Origin: Octopus sinensis | Taxonomy: Eukaryota | Direction of reading: 5' to 3' | NCBI RefSeq assembly: GCF_006345805.1 | Contig: NC_043021.1 | Coordinates: 13,268,001-13,332,000 of the forward strand | DNA length: 64,000 nucleotides | In this document: positions 1-11,649 of the stretch, piece after piece | Layout of the letters: each line of letters opens with the position of its first letter | Numbering within the stretch: the first letter of the stretch is position 1 | Position numbers and translations under genes: made by a program | The notes under the pieces: model-generated | Database searches by the model: none | What the model was told of the DNA's origin: nothing | Seen by the model: only the letters and a program-made list of their open reading frames with translations

Positions 1-507
1 TGATAGCTGGGTTTTTTACTGTAAGGAGAGTGGCTTATGATCTTTCTTAGAAATAAATTATTTCCACAACTACGTCATAGAAAAGCCAATTAGAAACTCG
101 TTAAGCTATTAAATTCACTTTAAATTTTAAAATTTGTTTCAAGAGTCATCAAAATTTTCTTTGTCCAACTGTAACAAGTGTCACGGATGCAGATCCCACT
201 GGAACTCTTTGAGAAGTCTGTTATTAGCCAGTTCTCAGAGTTTTTGTTTTTTTTCCACTGTGGTGTCTGCTGTAGTCGTGTCGATTGGCTTTGGCACCCT
301 TATGACATCAATCACCTGTTGATCATCGTTTCACCATATCCTCTTTTCAATGCTTGCATGGGTTAGATGGGATTTTTTGAGGCAGGTTTCCTATGACCAG
401 ATGCCCGTCAGCCCTTGCCCATTTCCAAGCAAGGTAATATGTCCCCATGTCTAGACAGGTTTTCACAGAAGAGTGGAAACAAACAACCTCACTTGTATAT
501 ATATAAG

Positions 508-669
508 ATGGGCTTCTTTCAGTTTCCGTCTACCAAATCCACTCACAAGGCTTTGGTCGACCCGAGGCTATAGTAGAAGACACTTGACCAAGGTGCCACA
601 CAGTGGGACTGAACCCAGAACCGTGTGGCTGGTAAGCAAGCTACTTACCGCACAGTCACTCCTGCGCCT
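508..669 (-). mobile_element. SINE family A, tRNA-like head fragment
   Basis: Reverse complement reads AGGCGCAGGAGTGACTGTGCGGTAAG...GGTTCAGTCCCACT...TTGGTCAAGTGTCTT; the same head recurs many times in the window. Confidence 0.85.
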
Positions 670-685
670 ATATGATTACTTATTT

Positions 686-1130
686 TTAGAATAACATTGT
701 CAGGTAAGTGTGAGAAGCCAGCTCTGGCCAGTTTTAACATAAAACAAGTAAAATATTTGGGCTGGATATAGCCGGCTTAAATGCTAAAGCATTAATGGCT
801 CCGTGTGTTATTAACTCTTTTGTTAAATTTTTGTTGAAATACATTGTCTGTTTCAATTGATACTGAACATAATGAAGAATTTAGCAAAATAACATTGTCC
901 ATTATTTGGAATGTAAAATAACATGAAATGTTGACAGGTTTGTCAAATGTAATCCTTATTTATTTGCATTGCTTTGAATTAATAAGGCAATATCTTGTAG
1001 CTTTGAGATTTCAATGATGTGATTGTTTCCTTTTAGAATGACATTGTAAAGTAGGTGTGAAAGGTTGGTTTGAATATGAAAACAGAATATTTGGGCTGGG
1101 TATGGTCAATTTAGCCCTTTACATTCCGAT
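686..1130 (-). mobile_element. Fragments of TTAA-ended non-autonomous DNA elements (piggyBac-like MITE families)
   Basis: End motif AATGCTAAAG(C/G)..TTAA; internal GACATTGTAGGGTAGGTGTGAGAGG motif shared with 16120-16230, 60250-60678 and 63700-63840. CCC/GGG ends with TTAA are the piggyBac signature (established); family assignment is inferred. Confidence 0.55.
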
Positions 1131-1142
1131 TATTCTATCAGA

Positions 1143-1490
1143 TCATCATCATCATCGTTTAATGTCTGCTTTCCATGCTAGCATGGGTTGGACGATTTGA
1201 CTGAGGTCTGGCGAACCAGATGGCTGCACCAGACTCCAATCTGATCTGGCAGAGTTTCTACAGCTAGATGCCCTTCCTAACGCCAACCACTCTGAGAGTG
1301 TAGTGGGTGCTTTTACATGCCACTGGCATGAGGGCCAGTCAGGCAGTACTGGCAACGGCCATGCTCAAGAGGTGCTTTTTATGTGCCACGTGCACAGGAG
1401 CCAGTCCAGCATCACTGGCAACGACCTCGCTCGAATGTTTTTTCACATGCCACCAGTACAAGTGCCAGTAAGGTGATGCAGGTGTAATGC
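1143..1490 (-). mobile_element. SINE family C (RTE-type 3' tail ending in (GAT)n)
   Basis: Plus strand shows (CAT)n CGTTTAATGTC...GATGCCCTTCCTAACGCCAACCAC; the GGAAGGGCATCCAGCTGTA motif resembles RTE-clade LINE 3' ends. Confidence 0.8.
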
Positions 1491-1688
1491 TTATTTATAC
1501 TTGAGAAGACCCGTCAACCTAAATGAGATCGTAGTTGCGCCAATGCCAGTGCCACATAACTGGCATGCAAAAAACACCCATCAAATATTGGGCAATATGC
1601 TGTGTTTCAGAAAATCTGTCAAGCCAAGGGAAATCATAGTCATGGCTTGAGCATTGGGCAGTGACAGGTGACCAAGACTTGGTGATAA

Positions 1689-1860
1689 GGCGGTGAGCTG
1701 GCAGAAACGTTAGGACGCCGGGCGAAATGTTTTGCGGTCTGCCGTTACGTTCTGAGTTCAAATTTCGCCATGGTCGACTTTGCCCTTCATCCTTTTGGGG
1801 TCGATAAATTAAGTACCAGTTACGCACTGGGGTCGATGTAATAGACTTAATCCCTTTGTC
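1689..1860 (+). mobile_element. SINE family B
   Basis: Head GGCGGTGAGCTGGCAGAAACGTTAG, B-box-like GAGTTCAAATT, central GTCGACTTTGCC(C/T)TTCATCCTTT.GGGGTCGATAAATTAAGTACCAG domain. Confidence 0.85.
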
Positions 1861-2030
1861 TTGTTTTCATAAATTTTGAATTAAAATCTTCCACCAAACT
1901 TTACTCACAATTTATGTTCCTAACACTAGCTAAATGATAACAAAGTTATTTTACAAAATTCCTTGTTATATTTAAAGTAATTGAAAGAAACACAGAGCAA
2001 CTCAAAATAAATACAGTAACAAAAGGGTTA
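1861..2030. mobile_element. piggyBac-like MITE, partial
   Basis: Ends GTAACAAAAGGGTTAA; body matches 31171-31395 and the reverse complement of 63848-64000. Confidence 0.6.
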
Positions 2031-3304
2031 AATGACCACCATATAAAGGTTCTTCCTTACTGACTCATGTCTGCAATTTATAGTTCCTGAGAGAGAGAAA
2101 GAGGGATCAAATGTTTCTGCTATTTGAAATGTCTTGAGAACAGAGAGTGATTACTAAGAAGCCATATTTGGGTGGGTGGAATGAACTTTAATCAAAGAAT
2201 CACTGTTCCAAAGATCAACTTTCAGATGATGTGTCAGACTTCTCGGTGTCACGAGGGGGGGAGGGGGCAGACAGCTAGACTAGCAGTTAAATTTGCTCAC
2301 AGCAAAACTACTGTGATACAAAACCATTATGATGTTGACCAAAAGTGATGGAGGGCAGAATTGGTAGAGCAATGGGGATGCAGAAGAAAGGAAGCAATAC
2401 AGATAAGGGAGATAAATCAAATAGGCATATGGAATGAAATTGGATATATGAATTAAGGGGTGATGTACTGAATGTAATATGAAAATAAAATCCTTATTGA
2501 AATCTGTTTTAGAGGGCACCTCACCCCACCAAAAAAAAAAAGACAACAACATAAGATAAAAAATAATGAGTTTTTAGGGTAATAGCTAATGACTCAAATA
2601 AAAGGGAGATGATGTCAAAAAATTAATTAATTTGCTAATCAAAGTTAATTTGCAAGCTTAGAGGTGAAACCCCCCCCCCCCCCCAAAAAAAAACTTTGTG
2701 AGGCTTTTAAAAAAGTTTCTTTACATTTTGGATTCAAATTTCAGTGATTTTTGTGTTTCGTCCCTCCTAGGTCAATACAATAATGTCCCAGTAATAAACT
2801 GGAGATGATCTTTCTGAATATACCTCTAACTATGACTACCACTCCCAAAATTTGTGGGAATTTTGCAGATTTGCTGAATGGAGACTTGTTTATAAAGAGC
2901 ATTACAGAAGTGTGTGTGCATGTGTGTGAGTTTAGACTACAAACAGAACATGAGAAATGATTAATGGAGGTGGGGGAGAAATAACATCAATCTCAAAGTT
3001 ACTGACACTCCACCAATTCCAAGAAAACTTATAGTCTTCATGCTTAGCCAAATACACTTCCTTTAGGCTTGATTTCTGAATCTGCTTCACAGAAGCCTAG
3101 TAGTTGGGTTTTGTCTTTTATTGTTTACTTGTTTCAGTCATTAGGCTGCGGCCATACTGGGGCACCGGCTTGAATTTTTAGTCGAATGAATTGACCCCAG
3201 TACTGAGTTTTTAAAGCCTGGTACTAATTCTTATTGGTCTCTTTTGGCAAACTACTAAGTCATGGGGATGTAAACACACCAACACAGATTAAGTGGTGGT
3301 GGGG

Positions 3305-3530
3305 TGGGACACACTGCCCACAAGGGGCTAAACAGAGGGGACAAACAAGGACAGGCGAACGGATTAAGTCGATTATATCAACTCCAGTGCGTAACTGGTA
3401 CTTAATTTATCGACCCCGAAAGGATGAAAAGGCAAAGTCGACCTCGGCGGAATTTGAACTCAGAACGTAACGGCAGACAAAATACGGCTACGCATTTCGC
3501 CCGGCACGCTAACGTGTCTGCCAGCTCGCC
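3305..3530 (-). mobile_element. SINE family B
   Basis: Reverse complement of the family B consensus, from CCCACAAGGGGCTAAAC to CTGCCAGCTCGCC. Confidence 0.85.
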
Positions 3531-4009
3531 GATAGCCACAGCCTTCCCATTGTTTCAACCGTGTCTTATATACTTACATATGTGTATGTGTGTGTGTGTG
3601 TGTGTGGTAGATGTAGCCATGTATCATCATAAACAATAAGAAATCTGTTCCTGTTCCCCTATCATCACCATAACTCAACATCTCAAACCACAACTTCAAC
3701 AAAGGAATCTGCTAGACATAACACACAAATCTCCCATACCATCTTAAGAACAAAAAGAAGCAATAATACAATGGAAACCTCAATACTCAGCAAAATAGGA
3801 TGGTCACAGCTGGAATGCCTTTAATCATAGGTCATCCTGATTAATGCAGATATGGAATGAACAGGAATAACATTCTGCACTGTACTTTCCACAAGGAAAT
3901 ACCATAAAACTCTTTTAAAAGGAAACTGAAACTAAAAATATACTAAACAAAGACAAACCCATACAACCCCGAGGTCAAATCTCCTGGTACTCACACCATC
4001 AACAGATTG

Positions 4010-4330
4010 TGTAAAAGCATAACCCATATATACGAAGAGTTCATGAAAAAAACAAAAGACGAAGACAGGTGGTGTATAAAATAAACAGATGTATTAGCAT
4101 AACGCTCAGGAATTGAAAAAGTCTTTTATGTTTTGAGCCTATGCTCTTCTACAGAAAAGGACACAGAAAAAAAACAAGGAGAGAAAAAAAAATGCGTGTA
4201 GTGGCTACCGATCTATCTGGTTGTGTGTTCGCAATGTAAATTCTGCTTTTACTTGTTTGGACATGAACTTGCCAGGAAGCATCTGACGGAGCATATGAAA
4301 TGTTCCGTAGGTAGTTGACACCTGTAGCTA
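4010..4330 (-). mobile_element. Probable Penelope-like terminal repeat remnant with a decayed hammerhead-like motif (4123-4158)
   Basis: Minus strand reads CTTTT CTGTAGA A GAGC ATAG GCTC AAAA CATA AAAG; the stem GAGC/GCTC is intact but the core deviates from CUGANGA...GAAA. Confidence 0.4.
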
Positions 4331-5763
4331 ACAGCCACATACTAACAGCCACATACTTGTGAAAGCTTACCATAGCGTTTAATCTAAATACAGTGAAATT
4401 CTAAGACTTCATTTTTTTTGTGGGCATATATGGGTTAAATTAATAAGACAGAAGCAGATGAGACCTGAAGCACCACCCTTGGGGTCAGTTGAATTGATGC
4501 ACAACTGACTGACTTGGTAACGCTGGGGTGTTTTGGTTTTGAGATGACGATTCAATGAGATCTGTATAAAGTGGACAGGTGAGAGAGCTGCATTGGTATT
4601 TGAAGAGAAGCAGATCAAACGGAAAAGGACTAAACTGCCCCAAAACCATCAACCAATGAGAGAAATCTGGGGGGGGGGTCATCGTCTCATGGCAACAGGT
4701 TGTGGGTGTGTATGTGTGTGTCTGGAATGGTTTCTATATGCACGCATGTATGTATACACGATATATGTATATACATATGCAGATATCAAGCTGGCAAGAG
4801 GAGCCTCTATGCAACCGGTCTGTCGACACATTAAAAATAGCAGCCAAATTGCTCCTAAATTGCAGGTTTAGAGAATGCAGTCACTGGGTCAGGTACAGAA
4901 TGTCTATGATAATAGGTCTGCTTGGTGAGACAAGACCTGGGGGTTAAAGAGTATAACTAGAGGTAAAATATGAGCTGACAAATTATTTAGAAGAACAACA
5001 ATGATGACAATGAAGACTAAAAGAGAAGTCCAAGGAATCCCAGAACTAGGGAGGTTGTTATCGACTTGAAGAATGTGATGTGTCAACTTTTAAAAAAAAT
5101 CTACCACATTCCTCCTGCAGTCACAGTTGTTAAGGGGCCAAGGTGTGCACACTTAGCAACATCAGAAAAGTGTAACCCCACCTATATTTCTAGATACTGA
5201 TTTCAAATTTTGGCACAAGGCCAGCAAGTTCGGGGGAGGGGTTAAGTCAATAACACTGACCCCGATGCTCAACTGGTACTCATCTTATCGAACCTGGAAG
5301 GATAAAAGGCAAAGTTGACCCCAGTGGAATTTGAACTCGGAATATAAAGACGGATGAAACACAGCTAAGCATTTTGCCCAGCGTGCTAACAATTCTGCCA
5401 GCTCACCATTGATGTAAATAAAACATTACAATTATAACAAAAAAAAAAAAAAACCCAAAAAACATTAACCCTCTAAGAGAGATTAATTAAATCACACCAG
5501 AAGTAAACCAAGTCTGGCTTTTTACTGATCTCGTCCCACAGTTGTACTAAATATGGAAACAGTAAATATATACAGATCACATGCACATCTAAAAATTGAA
5601 AGCGGTTACTATATAAAGAATTTTAATTACGAGGTGCATAAATTATTCATTTGGACAAGAAATTTGACTGCACAACATTTGTGTAGTAAATTGTACTGAC
5701 TGACTGTTTAGGAACACACATACACACACGTGTGTAGGTACGTGTTTGTATACATATACATAA

Positions 5764-6357
5764 CCTATTTCTTTATTGCCCACAAGGGGCTAAACATAGA
5801 GGGGACAAACAAGGACAGACAAAGGGATTAATTCGATTACATCGACCGCAGTGTGTAACTGGTACTTAATTTATTGACCCCGAAAGGATGAAAGGCAAAG
5901 TTGACCTCGGCGGAATCTGAACTCAGAACGTAACGGCAGACGAAATACCTATTTCTTTACTACCCACAAGGGGCTAAACACAGAGGGGACAAACAAGAAC
6001 AGACAAAGGGATTAAGTCGATTACATCGACCCCAGTGCGTAACTGGTACTTAATTTATTGACACCAAAATGATGAAAGGCAAAGTTGACCTCGGCGGAAT
6101 CTGAACTTAGAACGTAACGGCAGACGAAATACCTATTTCTTTACTACCCACAAGGGGCTAAACACAGAGGGGACAAACAAGGACAGACAAAGGGATTAAT
6201 TCGATTACATCGACCCCAGTGCGTAACTGGTACTTAATTTATTGACCCCGAAAGGGTGAAAGGCAAAGTTGACCTCGGCAGAATTTGAACTCAGAAAGTA
6301 GTGGCAGACGAAATACCGCTAAGCATTTCGCCTGGTGTGCTAACGTTTCTGCCAGCC
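5764..6357 (-). mobile_element. SINE family B with its body tandemly triplicated (184-bp unit x3)
   Basis: CCTATTTC starts at 5764, 5948 and 6132 (184-bp spacing); a single head at 6316-6357. Confidence 0.9.
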
Positions 6358-6477
6358 CTACATTTTATAAATATGTATCTTACGTAATTCAGTCATTGGA
6401 CTACGGCCATGCTGGGGCACAACTTTGAAATGTTTAAGTTGAACAAATTGATCTCATTACTTTTTGTTTGTTTCTAT

Positions 6478-6820
6478 TCTTACTTTGTTTCAGTCGTTAG
6501 ACTGCGGCCATGCTGGGGCACTGCCTTGACATTTTTAGTCGAATGAATTGACGCCAGCATCTCGCTTTGGAACCTGGTGCTTATTCTATCGATTTCTTTT
6601 GCCGAAACGCTAAGTTATGTGGGACACAAACGCACCAACAGCGGTTGTCAAGCGGCGGAGTGGGAGGGAGACAAACATAGACACGAAGACACACACACAC
6701 ACAAATACATACTACCGGTAGTTTTGGCCGGCCTGAGACAATAATAAAAGATATTTTTCCAAACACGCCCCACAGTGAGATTGAACCCGAGACCCTGTGC
6801 CTAGGAAGCCCGCTTTTTAA
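6478..6820 (-). mobile_element. SINE family A, diverged
   Basis: CTTACTTTGTTTCAGTC..GACTGCGGCCATGCTGGGGCAC tail, central (CA)n and head remnant GATTGAACCCG. Confidence 0.75.
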
Positions 6821-7500
6821 TAAACAATGGTAACACTACGCGTTTAGAACTCTTTCCATGTTTATAAACACATAAGCATTTACCACCATTCATATCCATT
6901 CACACGTACATGTTTCGTGTCGTTAAAGCCTCATGTTAGCCCTGAACGAACGAGCAACTAGCTTATAAATCAAAAGGGGATCCTGCCGTGGCCATCACGT
7001 TCCAGTATATCTATCACTACAATTACTCAAGCCCTTCCTTCTTTGTTTATCTCAAGACGGAAGCGTTTGATTCGAAGCTACTCGGCTGCTATTTGTAGCA
7101 GGTCGGCCGACAACATTCCAGTTTCGTCCCCCTCTTATGTTACTTTGTGTAACAAATAATTTAAGTGTATGTACTAATTCCAGCCGCAAACCCGTCAATA
7201 TAATAACACACACACAAACCACCACCACGCACCAGAAATGATTAAATTACAACAAAATACATTAGTTGACACTTTCAGGGCGGAAACTGTACCAAGTAAT
7301 ATATATTTATATAAACAAACTTCTGAAAAATTTATTTCTTTCTTTTTTACACACACACACTAGACAGACAGGCAGGCCAAGACAAACGGGTGTTTTGAAG
7401 TAGAGCAGTTATATATATATGGGGCCACCAACTTTAGGAAGTTCTACCCCTCGGAAAGAAATAGAAATATTAACAAAAAAAAAAAAAAAAAAAAGCTCCT

Positions 7501-7781
7501 GGTACTACTTAAGAACAGTGGTCCCGGTGCGCGCACTCGCGCAAGCTAGTCATGACTAGTCGATCCTTTGTGTTTTTGTGTTTTATTTACTTTGTTTAAA
7601 AAAAATTTACTTTGTGTTTTTGTTTTATTTACTTTGTTTAACAAAAATTATTTACTTTGTGTAAAAAAATTATTTTGTTTTATTTACTTTGCTAGGTAGT
7701 CGTTGTAGGATCGACTAGTCACGACTAGCTAGCGCGGGTGCGCGAGTGCGCGCACCGGGACCACTGTTCTTAAGTAATACA
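7501..7781. mobile_element. Merlin-like MITE (about 67-75 bp TIRs, 8-bp TSD)
   Basis: Left TIR GGTACTACTTAAGAACAGTGGTCCCGGTGCGCGCACTCGCGCA...CTAGTCGATCCT (7501-7567) is inverted at 7707-7781; flanks AAGCTCCT (7493-7500) and AAACTCCT (7782-7789). The GGNRM start and 8-bp TSD fit Merlin. Confidence 0.7.
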
Positions 7782-8454
7782 AAACTCCTTTGGTTAACAA
7801 TTCTTATCTTTTTTCTTTTTAAAAATCAACCGTTGCAGATCTTTTATTCTGTAAGTGTATCATCTAAACTACATGTACCAGTAATATATTCGGGAGCTTC
7901 ACATAAATCATATCATATTTAGTAGCACTGATCGTTAAAATTAAATGAGCAGTCTGACTCAAATGACGACGGCGTTGGTGGCGGAGCAATATCTAAGTTG
8001 AACCTACAATAAAAGTTTCCCCAGCCCTGAATAGACACAGACACACACACACACAGAGCAATAAATCTAGGGTTCACTTCTCACCTATCTGAATACATAA
8101 ATACAAGCATAATCACACACACACAAATAGATAGATATTTATACACACACACATTCCTCAAATAGCTAAAGGAACGATCAGTATGGCCGGATGTATATTG
8201 TGTACAAGACTATGTTTATGCACACACACGTATGTATACGTGTACGTATATATACATACATATGTATGTATATATGTATACATAGCGCCAGTCGAGATAT
8301 ATAACTTGTCATTTGCCAGGAGACGGAAATATTAAATAGGATCGTTTGACATAAATAGGGACAGGAGAACAAAAGGACAAGTTGTGGTGAGCAACTTGTG
8401 ATAAAAAAGTGAAACATATTTGGCGTTCGCATAACAGGCTTTTTATTATTATTT

Positions 8455-8782
8455 TTTTATACTTGCTTCAGTCATTTTGACTGCGGCCATGCTGGAGCAC
8501 CGCCTTTAGTCGAGCAAATCGACCCCCCAGGATTTATTCTTTGTTAAGCCTAGTACTTATTCTATCGGTTCTCTTTTTGCCGAACCGCTATGTTACGGGG
8601 ACGTAAACACACCAGCATCGGTTGACAAGCGATGTTGGGGGTGGGGGGCAAACACACACACATATAAATGGGCTTCTTTCAGTTTCCGTCTACCAAATCT
8701 ACTCACAAGGCTTTAGTCGGCCCGAGGCTATAGTAGAAGTAGAAGACACTCGCCCAAGGTGCCACGCAGTGGGACTGAACCC
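8455..8782 (-). mobile_element. SINE family A, 5'-truncated
   Basis: Tail, central microsatellite and head up to GGGACTGAACCC. Confidence 0.85.
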
Positions 8783-8834
8783 ATTTGAAGTGAAGAGAAA
8801 GGGTATATACAGGATGTACCCGATCTTCTTCGAT

Positions 8835-9124
8835 TACACCTTCTCCTCGACTTAAGACCGAGTTCCGTTCCGACTGACAGGTCGAAAATCGATCTGGTCG
8901 TATGTCGGGTTTAAATTTTTCAACACTATTTTCATTCAAACACAGCTGATGCTTGAAAGCGACTGAGTGAGAGATAGTGACAAGCAGTGGATGCCTGAGT
9001 CTGAGAGAGGCTTGCGTTGCCAGATGCTGCCATAGTTATCCTCCGAGCAGCTGCCCAACGTCCCAAAATCGATTATTCGTTTATCTACATATTTTTTGTG
9101 GTCGTAAGTCGAGGCGTATTATTA
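8835..9124. mobile_element. Tigger/pogo-like MITE with degraded ends
   Basis: Inverted 15-mers CCTCGACTTAAGACC (8845-8859) and GGTCGTAAGTCGAGG (9100-9114) resemble Tigger-type TIR cores. Confidence 0.5.
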
Positions 9125-9186
9125 CGTCCCTTACACGTCTGAATTTTTCATTCCCTACGTTTTCCAAAATACTTTGACAGTACATA

Positions 9187-9467
9187 CCAACAGTTCTCAA
9201 CCATTAAAAAAAAATCTATCTATGGACCCCCTTTGATTACCATTTCATTGTATGGACCCCCATTGCCATTGAATGTTTTAAAGTTTAGTTTTATAGTTAC
9301 TTTTTTCAAAATTCTTATTTTGCTTTTCACACATTAACTTGTGTAGGCTGAATTGTAAAAACGTTAAAGAAACCTGTTTCTTACAATAAATACATTAATA
9401 AAATCTAAAGCAACATTTTTTCATGGACCCCCAAAGGACCATACGGATCCAGGTTGATAAATATTGG
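9187..9467. mobile_element. hAT-like MITE, degraded
   Basis: Ends CCAACAGTTCTCAACC and GGTTGATAAATATTGG; repeated internal ATGGACCCCC subterminal motifs. Confidence 0.45.
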
Positions 9468-10806
9468 TTTATTCAGTATACCTACAATGTCCCATTTTTC
9501 TACGTATACTTTAAGGCTGATTAAATAGATATTAAATAGAGTTGTGGTGCACCTGAGCACTGTATACAATAATTTCATTATTATATTAAAGTAAGAGCTT
9601 TTGGAAAACCGCGAGGGTCCTAAACTAGAATCAGGAGACAGTTCTATAACCTGTTTTCTAGACAACAACGCTTCGAGACCTAGGTAAATAGCATTTAGGG
9701 AGCACCTAAATCGCACTTACGGTAAATAGCACCTACGGAGGCCAGGGGTTGCAACACATTTTACGGGGATGTGGATCGTCGTGAATTAGGGTCAGCAGTG
9801 CTATGCATCGGTTTCCTGCTTGACACTGTTTTAGAGTCGAACTGTTGTTCACAAATGAATTTTTTGCAATTTAGGACGCTGAAATAGGAGATTACCGGGT
9901 GTCGGAAGGGAGTATTGTGACAAAGACAAATTGTGCCCCACAAATACTTAGTCATAGTTTTCATTTATTTACATCAAGCGTTACCATAGTAACTGAGTGT
10001 CATAGCTACTGGAGAATATAGGGCCTATAATACATGGATACATATTCGTGTGTGTATCTGTGTGCACGTGCATGCACGTGAGTGTTTGTGTGTGAGTGTA
10101 TGTACGAGAGAGTGTGTGTGTGTGTTTGTTCGAGTGTTCGTGTGTATGCAAGCGTGAGAAATGGAGAGAAGGGACAAAATGACAATTGTCAAAATAAATG
10201 TTAAACTTCAAAAATGACCGAAGTTGTTCCTGACCAGTCGGAGCTGACCTGGGACTGAACAACAATTTTTAAGGAAGAACTCCCGTCTTATTTCTCTCCG
10301 GCAGACGTGTTTCCTTCAAAGTAAATAGTAAAGAATGAGTCTTAGGAAACTTGAGAGAATTGCGAAGGCAAGGGAAACGTGAGGGGGGAACCATTCGATA
10401 AAAATTTGCAGAAATACTTACAATATATGTGAGTTGTTGTAGACCATGCTTTAGTAGATGGCTTTGTATATAACCGAAAACGTGAGGAAGGTTAGCCGTC
10501 CTTCCTTTCGTATTTGGAGATAACGGGTGATAAATAAAGTGTTTCCTCACGGCGGAGACAAAAACGAAAATGTGAAACAAGAGAGCAGAAGAAAGGGGAA
10601 GAGAGGAAGTTAGAGGGGGAGGAGGAGGAAAGACTGAAGAAGCAAAGAGTGTGAGGGGGAGAATGAGAGAGGCTTAAGTTATGAATGAGAAAGACAAAAA
10701 AAAAAAAAAAACGAGGGAGGAGCGAAAGGAAGGGAATTGAAGAGAAAACGAGAGAGAATGAGGGGGAGGCAGACAATACATGGAATGAGTGGGCGATTAA
10801 TGAGAA

Positions 10807-10870
10807 ATGGACACGGAAATATGACACACACACATATACACACACACACACATGAGAGTGTGTGTGTGTG

Positions 10871-10908
<38 letters not shown>

Positions 10909-10970
10909 CACACACACACACTCTCATGTGTGTGTGTGTGTATATGTGTGTGTGTCATATTTCCGTGTCC

Positions 10971-10972
<2 letters not shown>
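10807..10972. repeat. Perfect 166-bp palindrome centred on (TA)n
   Basis: ATGGACACGGAAATATGAC(AC)n...GTCTC(TA)nGAGAC...GTCATATTTCCGTGTCCAT; arms and microsatellite lengths pair exactly. Confidence 0.95.
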
Positions 10973-11004
<32 letters not shown>

Positions 11005-11009
11005 CAGGA

Positions 11010-11093
11010 GTCAGGATGGCCGAGCGGTCTAAGGCGCTGCGTTCAGGTCGCAGTCGGGTCTTCCCGGCGTGGGTTCGAATCCCACTTCTGACA
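11010..11093 (+). tRNA. tRNA-Leu(CAG): tRNA-Leu, anticodon CAG (11044-11046), type II with long variable arm
   Basis: Acceptor stem GTCAGGA/TTCTGAC, A box TGGCCGAGCGG, anticodon stem CTGCG/CGCAG, variable arm CGGG-TCTT-CCCG, B box GGTTCGAATCC, discriminator A. Matches the canonical metazoan Leu-CAG sequence outside the variable arm. Confidence 0.97.
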
Positions 11094-11099
11094 AACTAA

Positions 11100-11104
11100 T
11101 TTTT
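11100..11104 (+). terminator. Pol III terminator (T5) of tRNA-Leu
   Basis: TTTTT begins 7 nt after the discriminator base. Confidence 0.8.
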
Positions 11105-11649
11105 CTTTTAATGGCGGTGCCCCAGCATGGCCACAGCTCAAGAGCTGAAACTGGAAAACATAAACATTTATTTATTTATTTATTTATTTATTCTTTATAC
11201 CGATCTAATTCCGAAACGCGCGCACGTGGGTAACCTAATATCGATTGATTTTCGTTATTTTTCCCTTTTGCCTGCGTGGATTGTTTTCAAGTACTTTGGT
11301 TTTTCTGGGAACCCCTTTTAAAGTAGAAGGAATAGCTAAGATTTTTTGACTGCTATTTCGAAACTTCGGTATGTGGTGAAGCAAATCTTTGCTGAACCCT
11401 AATTATAAAGTATTACTTAAGCTTACCATGAAATGGTCTTTTTCATGCCGAATTCTACTTGGTAAAATTACTGATTACTTCTTAATTAATTTTACCCTTT
11501 GTTATTATATATACATACATACATACACAGGTAGACAGTTATCTTTTATCTTTTACTATTTTCAAGTCAAAGGCTGGGGGGCCCTTCCAGCGTGTTTGGG
11601 TCTCCTTTCTGTACTGTTTTTGGTGAATTAGCGAGTTGGACGAAGTTAC

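Noticed and set aside
134-366. Two overlapping 62-aa ORFs in unique-looking sequence
   Set aside because: No recognisable motif and no consistent splice signals; the minus frames contain stops.
701-709. Perfect splice donor CAGGTAAGT
   Set aside because: Lies within a piggyBac-like MITE whose other copies read TAGGGTAGGT; no upstream exon supported.
1519-1827. Recurrent peptides such as MRNWYLIYRP...RRNLNSERN, ASFSFRLPNPLTRLWSARGY and LQLDALPNANHS in many ORFs
   Set aside because: Conceptual translations of SINE B, A and C consensus sequences, not a gene family.
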